From the IMG/VR virus record IMGVR_UViG_3300017548_000207, positions 1 to 37,091 of that record: DNA of 37,091 nt; one strand, given 5' to 3'. The notes below the pieces were generated by a model, which ran no database searches, was not told the origin of the DNA, and saw only the letters and a list, made by a program, of their open reading frames with translations. Shown piece by piece: positions 7,630 to 16,335 of this stretch; position 1 is the stretch's first letter; each line of letters opens with the position of its first letter. The translations under genes were made by a program, and so were the position numbers. The DNA is from a virus. Its lineage: Duplodnaviria > Caudoviricetes.

Positions 7630-7872
7630 ATGGAAAAAGTGTTTCGCATCTGGCCCAATGCAGCCGAACTGGCGCGCGCCCTCGGGGAAAACCCTGTCAC
7701 TGTCAGATCGTGGCGCAACAGAGGGTCGATCCCCGCTGATCGCGATCTCCTTTTGGTCGAGGCAGCTAAGCGTAAGGGTGTGAGTCTGACGCTTGAGGAC
7801 CTTGCCCGTGAACGGGCTGCGGCATCTCAACGGCCCCTCGAAACCCACACTCCCGAAGGGGCGACGCGATGA
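7630..7872 (+). CDS. cro: Cro-like HTH regulator
   Basis: AELARALG..VTVRSWRNRGSIP HTH; divergent from cI. Confidence 0.85.
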   Translation: MEKVFRIWPNAAELARALGENPVTVRSWRNRGSIPADRDLLLVEAAKRKGVSLTLEDLARERAAASQRPLETHTPEGATR

Positions 7873-8180
7873 CTGCCGCCGCCCCCTCTCACCAGTTTGC
7901 TGATTGTCCGTCTGCACGCGGACACAACAGCACAGGATCCACTCAAATGTCTTTGGTCAAAGTTTTTGACCCGCGCGTTTTCCGTGCGCGGTTCGCCCAC
8001 TACTGGTCCGACTTCCTCCGGGCGAACTATCGCAATCCGGAAATGGTCGCGACCGCGTTCGGCGTGACGTTTCAGACGGCCCTCAACTGGTGGAACGGGG
8101 CAAACCGACCCTCGGGCGACGTGGTTGCTCTGGCCGGGAGGCAGTTCACAGAATTCATGGAGAGCCAGAAATGCTCCTGA
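7869..8180 (+). CDS. HTH protein at the CII position
   Basis: VATAFGVTFQTALNWWNG HTH; start at 7869 or 7946. Confidence 0.7.
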   Translation: MTAAAPSHQFADCPSARGHNSTGSTQMSLVKVFDPRVFRARFAHYWSDFLRANYRNPEMVATAFGVTFQTALNWWNGANRPSGDVVALAGRQFTEFMESQKCS

Positions 8181-8329
8181 CGCTCTATCTCGTTCGGGCC
8201 GTCGTGACGGTATGCATCATGGCTTTTGTGGGGCTGGCTTTCCTGCCCCACTCCCTCGCCTCGCGCCTGACCGGCCTCCAAAAATTTTTGAGTGAGCGCA
8301 TCGAGGAGCGTGAAAGGGGGCGGGCATGA
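8171..8329 (+). CDS. Small membrane protein (52 aa)
   Basis: MLLTLYLVRAVVTVCIMAFVGLAFLP; overlaps its neighbours; stop coupled to the next ATG. Confidence 0.55.
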   Translation: MLLTLYLVRAVVTVCIMAFVGLAFLPHSLASRLTGLQKFLSERIEERERGRA

Positions 8330-8766
8330 ACCTGCTCGGCATCGACCCGGGCCGCAACGGTGCGCTCGCCTTGCTGGACTGCGAAACCCTGCAGGTCGTG
8401 ACCTGGGACATGCCGACGGACATTCCGGCCTTGCATGATCTGATCTGCTCGGTCCCGGAGGTTCGGCTGTGCGTGTTGGAGCAAATCCACGCCGGGCCGC
8501 AGATGGGCCGCAAATCCATCGCGGCAATGTTCGAGCAATACGGCGCGCTCAAGGGCGCTCTGTCGTGGCGGTCTATCCCTGTGCAGACCGTCCGGCCCAG
8601 TGTCTGGAAGCGGGCTCTGAACGTCCCGGCAGACAAATCAGCCGCGCGGCGCAGGGCCTCTGAATTCTACCCCGACTGCGCCGGTCAATGGCGGCTGGCG
8701 AAGCACGATGGGCGTGCCGAGGCGGCGATGCTGGCCTGGTATGGGCGCGGCCTCGGGCGTCGGTAG
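8326..8766 (+). CDS. RuvC-like Holliday junction resolvase
   Basis: LGIDPG, VLE, P..WK and DGRAEAA motifs. Confidence 0.88.
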   Translation: MNLLGIDPGRNGALALLDCETLQVVTWDMPTDIPALHDLICSVPEVRLCVLEQIHAGPQMGRKSIAAMFEQYGALKGALSWRSIPVQTVRPSVWKRALNVPADKSAARRRASEFYPDCAGQWRLAKHDGRAEAAMLAWYGRGLGRR

Positions 8767-8860
8767 CGAACAGAGGCGCGGGATATGGGTTTGCTCGCCT
8801 GCTGCGGCCCGCGCCTCTCCCACCCACGCAGCAAAGAGCATCGCACGAAAGGAGCAAACC

Positions 8861-9700
8861 GTGGCATTGAACATCATCAAAGCCTCAGAACGAATGGCGG
8901 AGCGGGGCGGCATCAAGGCCGTGATCCTCGGGCCGTCAGGGATCGGCAAGACCACCTTGCTGCGCACCCTCGATGCAGAAAGCACACTGTTCTTCGACCT
9001 CGAAGCGGGCGATCTCGCCGTGGAGGGTTGGTCCGGCGACGCGATCCGTCCCCGGACGTGGGACGACTGCCGGACGCTGGCCGCGCTGATCGGTGGACCT
9101 AATCCCGCGTTGCGGGATGAGCAATCCTACAGTCAGGCGCATTTCAACTTCGTCAACAAGGACGGTGCGGCGGAGCAATTCGCTCATTACGAAACGATCT
9201 TCATCGACTCGATCACCGTAGCAGGTCGCCTCTGTTTCCAATGGGCGACCGGCCAGCCGGAAGCCTTTTCCGAAAAGAGCGGAAAGCCCGACACGCGGGG
9301 CGCTTATGGCCTGCATGGTCGGGAGATGCTGGCGTGGCTGAGCCAACTTCAGCACGCCCGCAGCCGCAACATCGTATTTGTCGGCATCCTCGATCAGAAA
9401 GAGGACGACTACGGCCGCACGAGCTGGGTCCCGCAAATCGACGGCTCGAAGGTCGGACGAGAACTGCCGGGCATCGTGGACCAGGTCATCACCTATCAGG
9501 AATTGCAGGCCGAAGATGGAACGAAGTTCCGTGGCCTCGTCTGCACCTCGCCAAACCCGTGGGGGTATCCGGCGAAGGACCGCAGCGGTCGCCTCGAACA
9601 GATCGAGGAACCGCACCTTGGCAAGCTGTTTGCCAGGATCAAAGGCGGCCAGCGGCGTGACGCGCTGGTCACCGAAATCCCTCAAACCGACGCAGCATAA
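8861..9700 (+). CDS. Sak4-like AAA ATPase (single-strand annealing recombinase)
   Basis: GPSGIGKTT, FDLEAG, IFIDSIT, AKDRSG; AAGGAG RBS and GTG start. Confidence 0.85.
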   Translation: MALNIIKASERMAERGGIKAVILGPSGIGKTTLLRTLDAESTLFFDLEAGDLAVEGWSGDAIRPRTWDDCRTLAALIGGPNPALRDEQSYSQAHFNFVNKDGAAEQFAHYETIFIDSITVAGRLCFQWATGQPEAFSEKSGKPDTRGAYGLHGREMLAWLSQLQHARSRNIVFVGILDQKEDDYGRTSWVPQIDGSKVGRELPGIVDQVITYQELQAEDGTKFRGLVCTSPNPWGYPAKDRSGRLEQIEEPHLGKLFARIKGGQRRDALVTEIPQTDAA

Positions 9701-9712
9701 GGAGCAACTGCC

Positions 9713-10306
9713 ATGTCCACCAACTGGATGGATTTTTCTGATGCCGACGAACAAACCGGCGGCGATCTGATCCCACACAAGACCCCGGTCAAGGTCCGCA
9801 TGAAGATCCGGGCCGGCAGTTACAATGACCCCGAACAGGGCTGGACGGGTGGTTATGCTACCCGCAACGAAAAGACCGGTGCCGTCTATCTGGACTGCGA
9901 ATTCACCATCATCGGCGGGAAGTACAACAAGCGCAAGGTCTGGTCGCTCGTCGGCCTGTACAGCTCCAAGGGGCCGAAGTGGGCGCAGATGGGCCGGTCC
10001 TTCATCCGTGCGGCTCTGGAAAGCGCACGCGGCGTTCGTCCGTCTGACGCGAGCGAGCTGGCAATCAAGGCGCGCCGGATCAACGGGCTTGGCGATCTGG
10101 ACGGGCTGGAATTCGCGGCACTCGTCGAGGTCCAGAAGGCCGAGGAAGGCACCGACTACAGCGACCGCAACGTCATCCAGACGGTCCTTCCCGTGACGCA
10201 CAAGGACTATGCCGAGCTGATGAATGGCGCTGGTGCGCCGGTGTCTGCCGCTCCGGTAGCGGCGCAGAAACCTGCCAGCAGCGCGACTCCGGCATGGGCG
10301 CAGTAA
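9713..10306 (+). CDS. Phage ssDNA-binding-protein-like partner of Sak4
   Basis: YLDCEFTII..GKYNKRKVW, low-complexity tail ending PAWAQ; synteny with Sak4. Confidence 0.7.
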   Translation: MSTNWMDFSDADEQTGGDLIPHKTPVKVRMKIRAGSYNDPEQGWTGGYATRNEKTGAVYLDCEFTIIGGKYNKRKVWSLVGLYSSKGPKWAQMGRSFIRAALESARGVRPSDASELAIKARRINGLGDLDGLEFAALVEVQKAEEGTDYSDRNVIQTVLPVTHKDYAELMNGAGAPVSAAPVAAQKPASSATPAWAQ

Positions 10307-10578
10307 AGGGCAAGGCGAAAAAGGGGGCGGTGACGCGCCCCCTTTCTCCGGCGGATCAAGCTGATGCCGCCGCCCTGGATGCCGCCATAGGCATGATGAT
10401 CGGCGTCCTGGAGGAGTGGGACTATAGCAGGCCCATATCCAGCCTCAACCGCGCCGATCTTCGCAAGCTCGCGACGGCCGCAGTGAGCGGCTTCGTACTC
10501 GAACAGGTCAGGCAACACGAAAACGCGGCGGATGCAGCATGGGACAACCCGATTTTCGCTGTGGGACTTGTGGGGTGA
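10294..10578 (+). CDS. Hypothetical protein (DUF6511-like helical); start uncertain
   Basis: Helical ORF coupled by GTGA to the next gene; alternative GTG start at 10330. Confidence 0.55.
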   Translation: MGAVKGKAKKGAVTRPLSPADQADAAALDAAIGMMIGVLEEWDYSRPISSLNRADLRKLATAAVSGFVLEQVRQHENAADAAWDNPIFAVGLVG

Positions 10579-10889
10579 ACCTCGGCCCCGACCCGTGGAA
10601 GGGGCCGCCCGATGAGAACGGGCAATTCCACACCATCTGCGGCTGCTACCCCCGAAAGGCTGAAAAGATGATCGCACGCCCGAGCAAAGAAGAGAAGATT
10701 CAGGCCATCCTCGACGCCCGCATGCCGGTGGCCGAGTACCTGCAGTCGATCGGCAAGATCGAAGCTTTCAACGAATTCACCAAAGACGAAATCGCCGGGC
10801 TGATCCGCGCCGCGGTCGAAGGGGTGCAGGCCAGTCTGCGCGTCCAGTGCCGCGATGCTTTCGCAGACGATGTAGATATTCCGTTCTGA
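10575..10889 (+). CDS. DUF6511-like protein
   Basis: AEYLQSIG..FTKDEIAGLIRAAV; acidic C-terminal DDVDIPF tail. Confidence 0.65.
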   Translation: MNLGPDPWKGPPDENGQFHTICGCYPRKAEKMIARPSKEEKIQAILDARMPVAEYLQSIGKIEAFNEFTKDEIAGLIRAAVEGVQASLRVQCRDAFADDVDIPF

Positions 10890-10898
10890 GGTCCCGCA

Positions 10899-11636
10899 AT
10901 GCTCGACTTCAACAGCAAAAACATCCGTGGCGAGCGTTTCGTGGCCCTTATCGACGAGGCCATCGAGGCGAGGGCCCGGCAGGAGCGGAGGCGCGATTAT
11001 ATCGGCGGCTCTGCCATCGGGCAGCCCTGCTCGCGCCGCATTCAATACGAATATCTCGCAGTGCCGAAAGACCCCGGCAGTGACTTCGGGCCGCGCGTGC
11101 GTCGGATCTTCCGACGCGGTCACGAGTGCGAAGAATGGCTGATCGGCTGGATCAAGGACGCGGGTTTTGAACTGCGCGACAAGGACCGCTTTGGCAAGCA
11201 GTTCGGTTTTGAAGACTGCGATGGCCGGTTCTCGGGTCATTTCGACGGCGTGATTGTCGGCGGCCCGGACGGGTTCCACTACCCCGCGCTATTCGAGGCC
11301 AAATGTCTCGGGGATAAAGGGTTTAATCAGCTAGTCAGACATGGCGTCTCCAAAGCCTATCCCGTCTATGCTGCGCAGATCGCTGTTTATCAGGCCTATG
11401 GTCAGCTCGCACAGAACCCGGCGTTCTTCGTCGCAGTCAATGCTAATACCATGGATATCCACTGCGAGCTGGTGCCCTTCGATGCCGCACTCGCGCAGCA
11501 ATGCGCCGACAAGGCTGCGCGGATTCTCTCTGCATGTGACCACGGCGAGACCCTGCCTCGGGTCAGCGACGACCCTGCGGGTTATGCATGCAAGTTCTGC
11601 CCCTGGCACGGGACATGCTGGGCGGGCGCGAAATGA
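10899..11636 (+). CDS. Cas4-like PD-(D/E)XK exonuclease
   Basis: S.IG.PC.R, GHFDG, FEAK, Q...Y and CKFCPW..TC (Fe-S cysteines). Confidence 0.88.
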   Translation: MLDFNSKNIRGERFVALIDEAIEARARQERRRDYIGGSAIGQPCSRRIQYEYLAVPKDPGSDFGPRVRRIFRRGHECEEWLIGWIKDAGFELRDKDRFGKQFGFEDCDGRFSGHFDGVIVGGPDGFHYPALFEAKCLGDKGFNQLVRHGVSKAYPVYAAQIAVYQAYGQLAQNPAFFVAVNANTMDIHCELVPFDAALAQQCADKAARILSACDHGETLPRVSDDPAGYACKFCPWHGTCWAGAK

Positions 11637-13738
11637 ACGGCTGGCTGGACTTCAATACCGCTCCGCCTCTCACGGAGCCATCATCGGCCCCGATCTGGGC
11701 CGAAAAACACTACAGTCGCGACGATGTGTTACAGGTGATCCTGCCGCAGTTGGAAAGCGTGCTGGGCTACCTTTACCCGAGCGGCTTTGCCGACCCGAAG
11801 GGCAAGGCTTTCTATATCGGGGACATAGCGGGTTCCGCCGGCCAATCCCTGAATATCGTGCTGCAGGGCGAGCGGGCAGGTTTGTGGCACGACTTTGCCA
11901 CCGGCGAGGGCGGAGACATTTTCGATCTCTGGAAGGCCGCGCGCGGATTACAATCTTTTTCCGATGCTATCAAGGACATGGGGGATTATGCAGGCGCAGC
12001 CACGACGACGCCGCGCCGTCCGCCTAAACGCAAATCCCCCAGCGGCGGCGAGGCGTGGGGCGCCCCGTCTGCGACCTATAATTACCTCGACCCTCAGGGG
12101 AATATTATCGCGCAGGTGGACCGCTTTGACTGGTCCGAAGGAGGCCGCCGCCGCAAAGCCTTCCGCCCGTGGGACGCCATGCGGCGATGCTACAAGGCCC
12201 CTGATCCGCGCCCACTTTACAACCTCGTGCAGGTTGTGCGTGAACCTGAAATCATCCTGGTCGAGGGCGAGAAATGCGCAGAGGCGCTGATCCGCGCCGG
12301 CATCTGCGCCACCACGGCGATGAATGGCAGCAACGCCCCGGTAGAGCAAACCGACTGGTCTCCGCTTCGCGGACGGAAGGTGGTCATCTGGCCGGACAAT
12401 GACGCTGCGGGCCTGAAATACGCTGAGAGCGCCCGAACAGCCGCTATGATGGCCGGGGCTATCAGCGCCACTATCCTGCACCCCCCAGCGGGCAAGCCCG
12501 AGAAATGGGACGCAGCGGACGCAGTCGAAGAAGGGGCAGATCTACATGCCCTTATTCGAGAGATGCGCGGAGAGAGCGCACAGGCGGCACGTGACGGCAT
12601 CCCAGCGATTGCTCCGTTCCGATCCTGGCGCGTTATAGATCCGGCCAGCATACCACCCCGGGAATGGCTCTACGGCAATCATTACATCCGAAAATTTGCC
12701 TCGATCACCGTCGCCCCCGGCGGCCTCGGGAAATCTACACTGGTGCTGATTGAATGCATCGCCATGGCGACTGGCCGCCCTCTGCTCGGCATTCGGCCCA
12801 AAGGCCTGTTCAAGGTGGTCTATTTTAACGCCGAGGACCCTCTGGACGAGATTGAGCGCCGCGTCATAGCTGCATGTCAGCACTTCGGCGTTCCTCAAGA
12901 AGAATTGGTCGGCCAGCTGTTCATCGCCTCCGGGCGCGAACAGGAGATGTTGCTGGCCAAGGGCGAGCAGGGCGACATCGTAGAACCGGTGTTCCAGCTC
13001 ATTGAGCGCTATTGTGAGGCCGAGGCTATCGATGTGGTCGCCCTCGACCCGCTCGCGAACATGACCGACGCCCCTGAGACCAACGACGTGTTCCGCCGCC
13101 TCGGCAAGCGTCTGTCGTTGCTGGCGGATAAGATGAACATCAGCGTCGAACTGGTCCATCACACCCGCAAACTAAATGGTGCTGAGGCGACTGTAGAAGA
13201 CAGCCGCGGTGGCAGCGCCCTGATAGGTGCGGTGCGTGGGGGCAGGGTGCTAAACCCCATGACCCCCGATGAGGCGGCCAGAGCGGGGCTGGAAACGCAC
13301 ATCGACCATTTCCGTATCGAGGCGGCCGGCAAGAACAACCTCAGCCGCAGCGCCCCGCACGCGACCTGGCTCCGCAGGGTCGGCGTCGAGATCGGCAATG
13401 GCGACGAAGTCGCTGTCGTAGAACCGTGGAATTGGCCCGATGCGTTCGATGGAATTACCAATCAGGACGCAATTCGAATTCAGGCGCTCGTAGGTCAGGC
13501 AAATCCGGCCGCTCGATATAGCAGTCAGGCGGCTAATTGGGTCGGGAAAATTGTGGCCGATGTTTTGGCTCTCGACTTGGAGGAAAAAGCAGATCGGGCA
13601 CGAATAAATTCTCTGATCGGGACATGGGTTAAAAATAAGGTCCTGATTGTTGACGAGGTCGATGATAGCCGAACCGGGCGTTCAGTTAAGATCGTACTTC
13701 CCGGCCCCAATGTGCCCAGATCCGAGGTGATGGAATGA
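11633..13738 (+). CDS. Primase-helicase (TOPRIM + RepA/AAA_25-like helicase)
   Basis: VEGEKCA and WPDND TOPRIM motifs; Walker A APGGLGKS; VHHTRK; RGGSAL; ATGA-coupled start. Confidence 0.88.
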   Translation: MNGWLDFNTAPPLTEPSSAPIWAEKHYSRDDVLQVILPQLESVLGYLYPSGFADPKGKAFYIGDIAGSAGQSLNIVLQGERAGLWHDFATGEGGDIFDLWKAARGLQSFSDAIKDMGDYAGAATTTPRRPPKRKSPSGGEAWGAPSATYNYLDPQGNIIAQVDRFDWSEGGRRRKAFRPWDAMRRCYKAPDPRPLYNLVQVVREPEIILVEGEKCAEALIRAGICATTAMNGSNAPVEQTDWSPLRGRKVVIWPDNDAAGLKYAESARTAAMMAGAISATILHPPAGKPEKWDAADAVEEGADLHALIREMRGESAQAARDGIPAIAPFRSWRVIDPASIPPREWLYGNHYIRKFASITVAPGGLGKSTLVLIECIAMATGRPLLGIRPKGLFKVVYFNAEDPLDEIERRVIAACQHFGVPQEELVGQLFIASGREQEMLLAKGEQGDIVEPVFQLIERYCEAEAIDVVALDPLANMTDAPETNDVFRRLGKRLSLLADKMNISVELVHHTRKLNGAEATVEDSRGGSALIGAVRGGRVLNPMTPDEAARAGLETHIDHFRIEAAGKNNLSRSAPHATWLRRVGVEIGNGDEVAVVEPWNWPDAFDGITNQDAIRIQALVGQANPAARYSSQAANWVGKIVADVLALDLEEKADRARINSLIGTWVKNKVLIVDEVDDSRTGRSVKIVLPGPNVPRSEVME

Positions 13739-13744
13739 TCTACG

Positions 13745-13850
13745 TCCACACCTTTCCACACCTTTCCACACTTCCACCACGCGACTGTGGACGCACCGGC
13801 CACACCCTCCACACCACACCTCTTTATGTGGTGTGGAGTGTGGTGTGGTG
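13745..13850. repeat. CCACAC direct and inverted repeat array, putative replication origin
   Basis: Tandem TCCACACCTT units from 13745; perfect 12-bp inverted repeat CTCCACACCACA (13807-13818) / TGTGGTGTGGAG (13827-13838). Confidence 0.8.
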
Positions 13851-13911
13851 CGAATTCCGCAGGTTCTTAAGCGCAGCCTTTCATGAAGTTCATCCACACC
13901 CGGAGCCTCAC

Positions 13912-14184
13912 ATGACCCCCAACCTCAAGCCCGCCGACGAACTCCTGTCCATCCGCCAGCGCATCAAGGAGCTGCAAGCCCGCGAAGCGGAAATCAAAGA
14001 GGGCATGATTTCCGGCAGCATGGAGTTGAGCGGAGATTTCGCCATTGCTGAAATCCACGAGCGCAGTTCAACGCGCTTCGACCGTAAAGCCGCCGAGGCA
14101 GATTTAGGCGACCTGTCGCGCTTTGATAAAAAGACGCTGCAAAAGGTTTTGACGGTGACTGAATTGCAGGAGGTTTTGGAATAA
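13912..14184 (+). CDS. Hypothetical coiled-coil phage protein (90 aa)
   Basis: GGAG RBS; ADELLSIRQRIKELQAREAEIK. Confidence 0.75.
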   Translation: MTPNLKPADELLSIRQRIKELQAREAEIKEGMISGSMELSGDFAIAEIHERSSTRFDRKAAEADLGDLSRFDKKTLQKVLTVTELQEVLE

Positions 14185-14351
14185 TGACCCGCTCAGAAAT
14201 TCTCGCCACCGCCGGACAATACGTCACCGCCGACGACATGGCCCGCATGGTCGCGCAGGTCACGGCGCCCGCGGACACGTCGGCGCTGGACAACAAATGG
14301 GCGCGCAGCCGTCACGTCTCCGTCCCCATGCGCGCAGAGGTGCAGGGATGA
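14184..14351 (+). CDS. 55-aa ORF, probable truncated/chimeric DUF6378-like gene
   Basis: MTRSEILATAGQYVTAD N-terminus; AGGAGG RBS; TAATG and ATGA coupling; absent from the ORF track. Confidence 0.55.
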   Translation: MTRSEILATAGQYVTADDMARMVAQVTAPADTSALDNKWARSRHVSVPMRAEVQG

Positions 14352-15703
14352 CCGCACAAGCTCACATTTTCACCGGCACGGAGATCAGCACCGGCCGTCG
14401 TCGCCCGTCCGAAATCGTCGCGGAATACGACGCAAAGCGCGCGGCGTTGGCTGATGCGCTGGCTGCGTTCGAGGACGCTGGGTCCGCCCTCAAGGCAGCC
14501 GCCACCATCGGCGGGACGTGGAGCAACGTCACGCTGGACACCGGCCGGGGCATCTATCCCAGCGTGCTGGAAAAATCGCTGCTCCAATCGGCGTGGCGGC
14601 ATGTCTACGAGCTGTATGGCCTGGAGCAGATCGCCAGCGCCTCGGCAAAGCGGGCCTATGAACAGATGTTCATCGCACCGCCGCCGTTCACGGTCGAAAA
14701 CATCCGCGAACAGTTCGGCGAGCTGGTTTCCGATCCGTGGGGCAGCGTCCTGCGCGGTCTGGCAGAGGTGTTCAGCGGGCTGGATCCGGTTTTCCGCTCG
14801 CACGAGAAGATGAAGATCGGCGTGAAGGGCCTGCCCAAGCGCGTGATCCTCGATAGCGTTGCCGGATATGGCTCGTGGGGCCGGGATCGCCTGCGCGACA
14901 TCCTGAACGCGCTGGCCGCTTATCAGGGCAAGCCGCTGGTCGAATATCCCGAGATGGAGGCGCTCCTGAACGGTCAAGGATTACTTGACAGCTGGACCGC
15001 GCCGAAGGACTCCCACCGGCCCGAGACCACATTCCCGGCGCGCGGCGTCTGGCTCAAGCGGTTCGCCAACGGCAACGGGCACCTGTATTTCAGCCCCGAG
15101 GCGCTGGCCGACATCAACCGCGCCCTGGCCGAGTATTACGGCGACGTGCTGCCCGACTGCCCGGATGACGACGAGCGCCCGACCAAGCAGCGCGCCAGCA
15201 CGGCGGTCAGCAAGGATCTGCAATATTACCCGACGCCGGTCGCGGTGGTGGATCGCGTGCTGGCCGACCTGCGCTATCGGATGCCCGGCCAGCGCGTGCT
15301 GGAGCCGTCCTGCGGCTGCGGGCGCTTCATGGACGCCCTGCGCGCCGCCGGCGCCGATGTGATCGGCTGCGAGGTGGACCCGGTGCGCGCCGCGATGTGC
15401 GAGGCCAAGGGGCACCGCGTCATGCGGATGAATTTCCTCGAGACCGTGCCGACCGGAGATTTTGACCATGTGGTCATGAACCCGCCGTTCTACGGCCGGC
15501 ACTATGCCAAGCACGTGCGACACGCCCTGCGGTTCTTGAAGCCCGGCGGCCGGCTGACCGCGATCCTGCCCGCCTCGGCGCGCTACGACCATGGCGAGTT
15601 GGATGACCTGCGCCCGCATTGGTGTGACCTGCCGGTCGGCAGTTTCTCGGAGAGCGGCACCAACATCAACACCACCGTCGCGACGATCAGGAGGGCCGTA
15701 TGA
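14348..15703 (+). CDS. Orphan DNA adenine methyltransferase with DUF4942-like N-terminal domain
   Basis: QYYPTP, motif I LEPSCGCG, motif IV VMNPPF, FSESGT; F.NGNGHL.F in the N-terminal domain. Confidence 0.85.
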   Translation: MTAQAHIFTGTEISTGRRRPSEIVAEYDAKRAALADALAAFEDAGSALKAAATIGGTWSNVTLDTGRGIYPSVLEKSLLQSAWRHVYELYGLEQIASASAKRAYEQMFIAPPPFTVENIREQFGELVSDPWGSVLRGLAEVFSGLDPVFRSHEKMKIGVKGLPKRVILDSVAGYGSWGRDRLRDILNALAAYQGKPLVEYPEMEALLNGQGLLDSWTAPKDSHRPETTFPARGVWLKRFANGNGHLYFSPEALADINRALAEYYGDVLPDCPDDDERPTKQRASTAVSKDLQYYPTPVAVVDRVLADLRYRMPGQRVLEPSCGCGRFMDALRAAGADVIGCEVDPVRAAMCEAKGHRVMRMNFLETVPTGDFDHVVMNPPFYGRHYAKHVRHALRFLKPGGRLTAILPASARYDHGELDDLRPHWCDLPVGSFSESGTNINTTVATIRRAV

Positions 15704-15951
15704 CCCTGACAGCACCAGAACACCTGCGCGGCCGCATGACGCGCTACACCCCGCAGGAGATCCGCGACGAGCGCATCGCATGGGCACTGGCCCGCTCGGC
15801 AGAAGGCTGGACCACGCCCAAGATCGCCGCAGCCCTCGGCATCAACAGTTCGGTCATCCGAGAGCAGATGCGTGCCCACGGCTGGCGCTGGTGGGATCAG
15901 CCCCGCCGGATCGAGCGCAGATACCGCAAGCGTCCTGGAGGCGAGCAATGA
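15700..15951 (+). CDS. Small HTH protein
   Basis: GWTTPKIAAALGINSSVI HTH. Confidence 0.75.
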   Translation: MTLTAPEHLRGRMTRYTPQEIRDERIAWALARSAEGWTTPKIAAALGINSSVIREQMRAHGWRWWDQPRRIERRYRKRPGGEQ

Positions 15952-16163
15952 CCGTCCACCTCGACCGTCACCGCTCCATGGTCGGCCAGCGGCGGAAGGA
16001 GATCGAGGCAGCCGCCCGCGATGCTCTGCGCATGAGCGCCCGGTGCCGCACGGATGCCGAACGTCTGGCGCTGTTCGGCGCGCTCATGGGCAAGGTGGCG
16101 GAGTATTTCCCCGTGGATGTCCCGCGCAGCCCCTGCAAGGGGGTCAGGAGGCTCAATGGCTGA
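15948..16163 (+). CDS. Hypothetical protein
   Basis: GGAGG RBS, ATGA coupling. Confidence 0.6.
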   Translation: MTVHLDRHRSMVGQRRKEIEAAARDALRMSARCRTDAERLALFGALMGKVAEYFPVDVPRSPCKGVRRLNG

Positions 16164-16335
16164 TTTTCCGACCTACGACACCCCAGAGCGCAGGAGGCCC
16201 GTCAGCGGCAAGCGCAGAGCCTCTGAGCGGGAAGCGGCCCGCAAGGCCCGACAGGCAGAGCGCCGACACAACCACGAGCAGGAGCGGATGATGGCGAGGC
16301 AGCACAACGAGGGGAGACGGCAGGATGGCGAGTAA
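16156..16335 (+). CDS. Small Arg-rich hypothetical protein
   Basis: AGGAGG RBS before MADFPT. Confidence 0.55.
   Translation: MADFPTYDTPERRRPVSGKRRASEREAARKARQAERRHNHEQERMMARQHNEGRRQDGE

Noticed and set aside
10899-11636. Cas4-like gene as evidence of a CRISPR system
   Set aside because: No repeat-spacer array or other cas genes; it sits in a standard phage recombination module
13745-13850. Repeat array as a CRISPR or DGR element
   Set aside because: Units are 6-10 bp with no unique spacers, and there is no reverse transcriptase in the window
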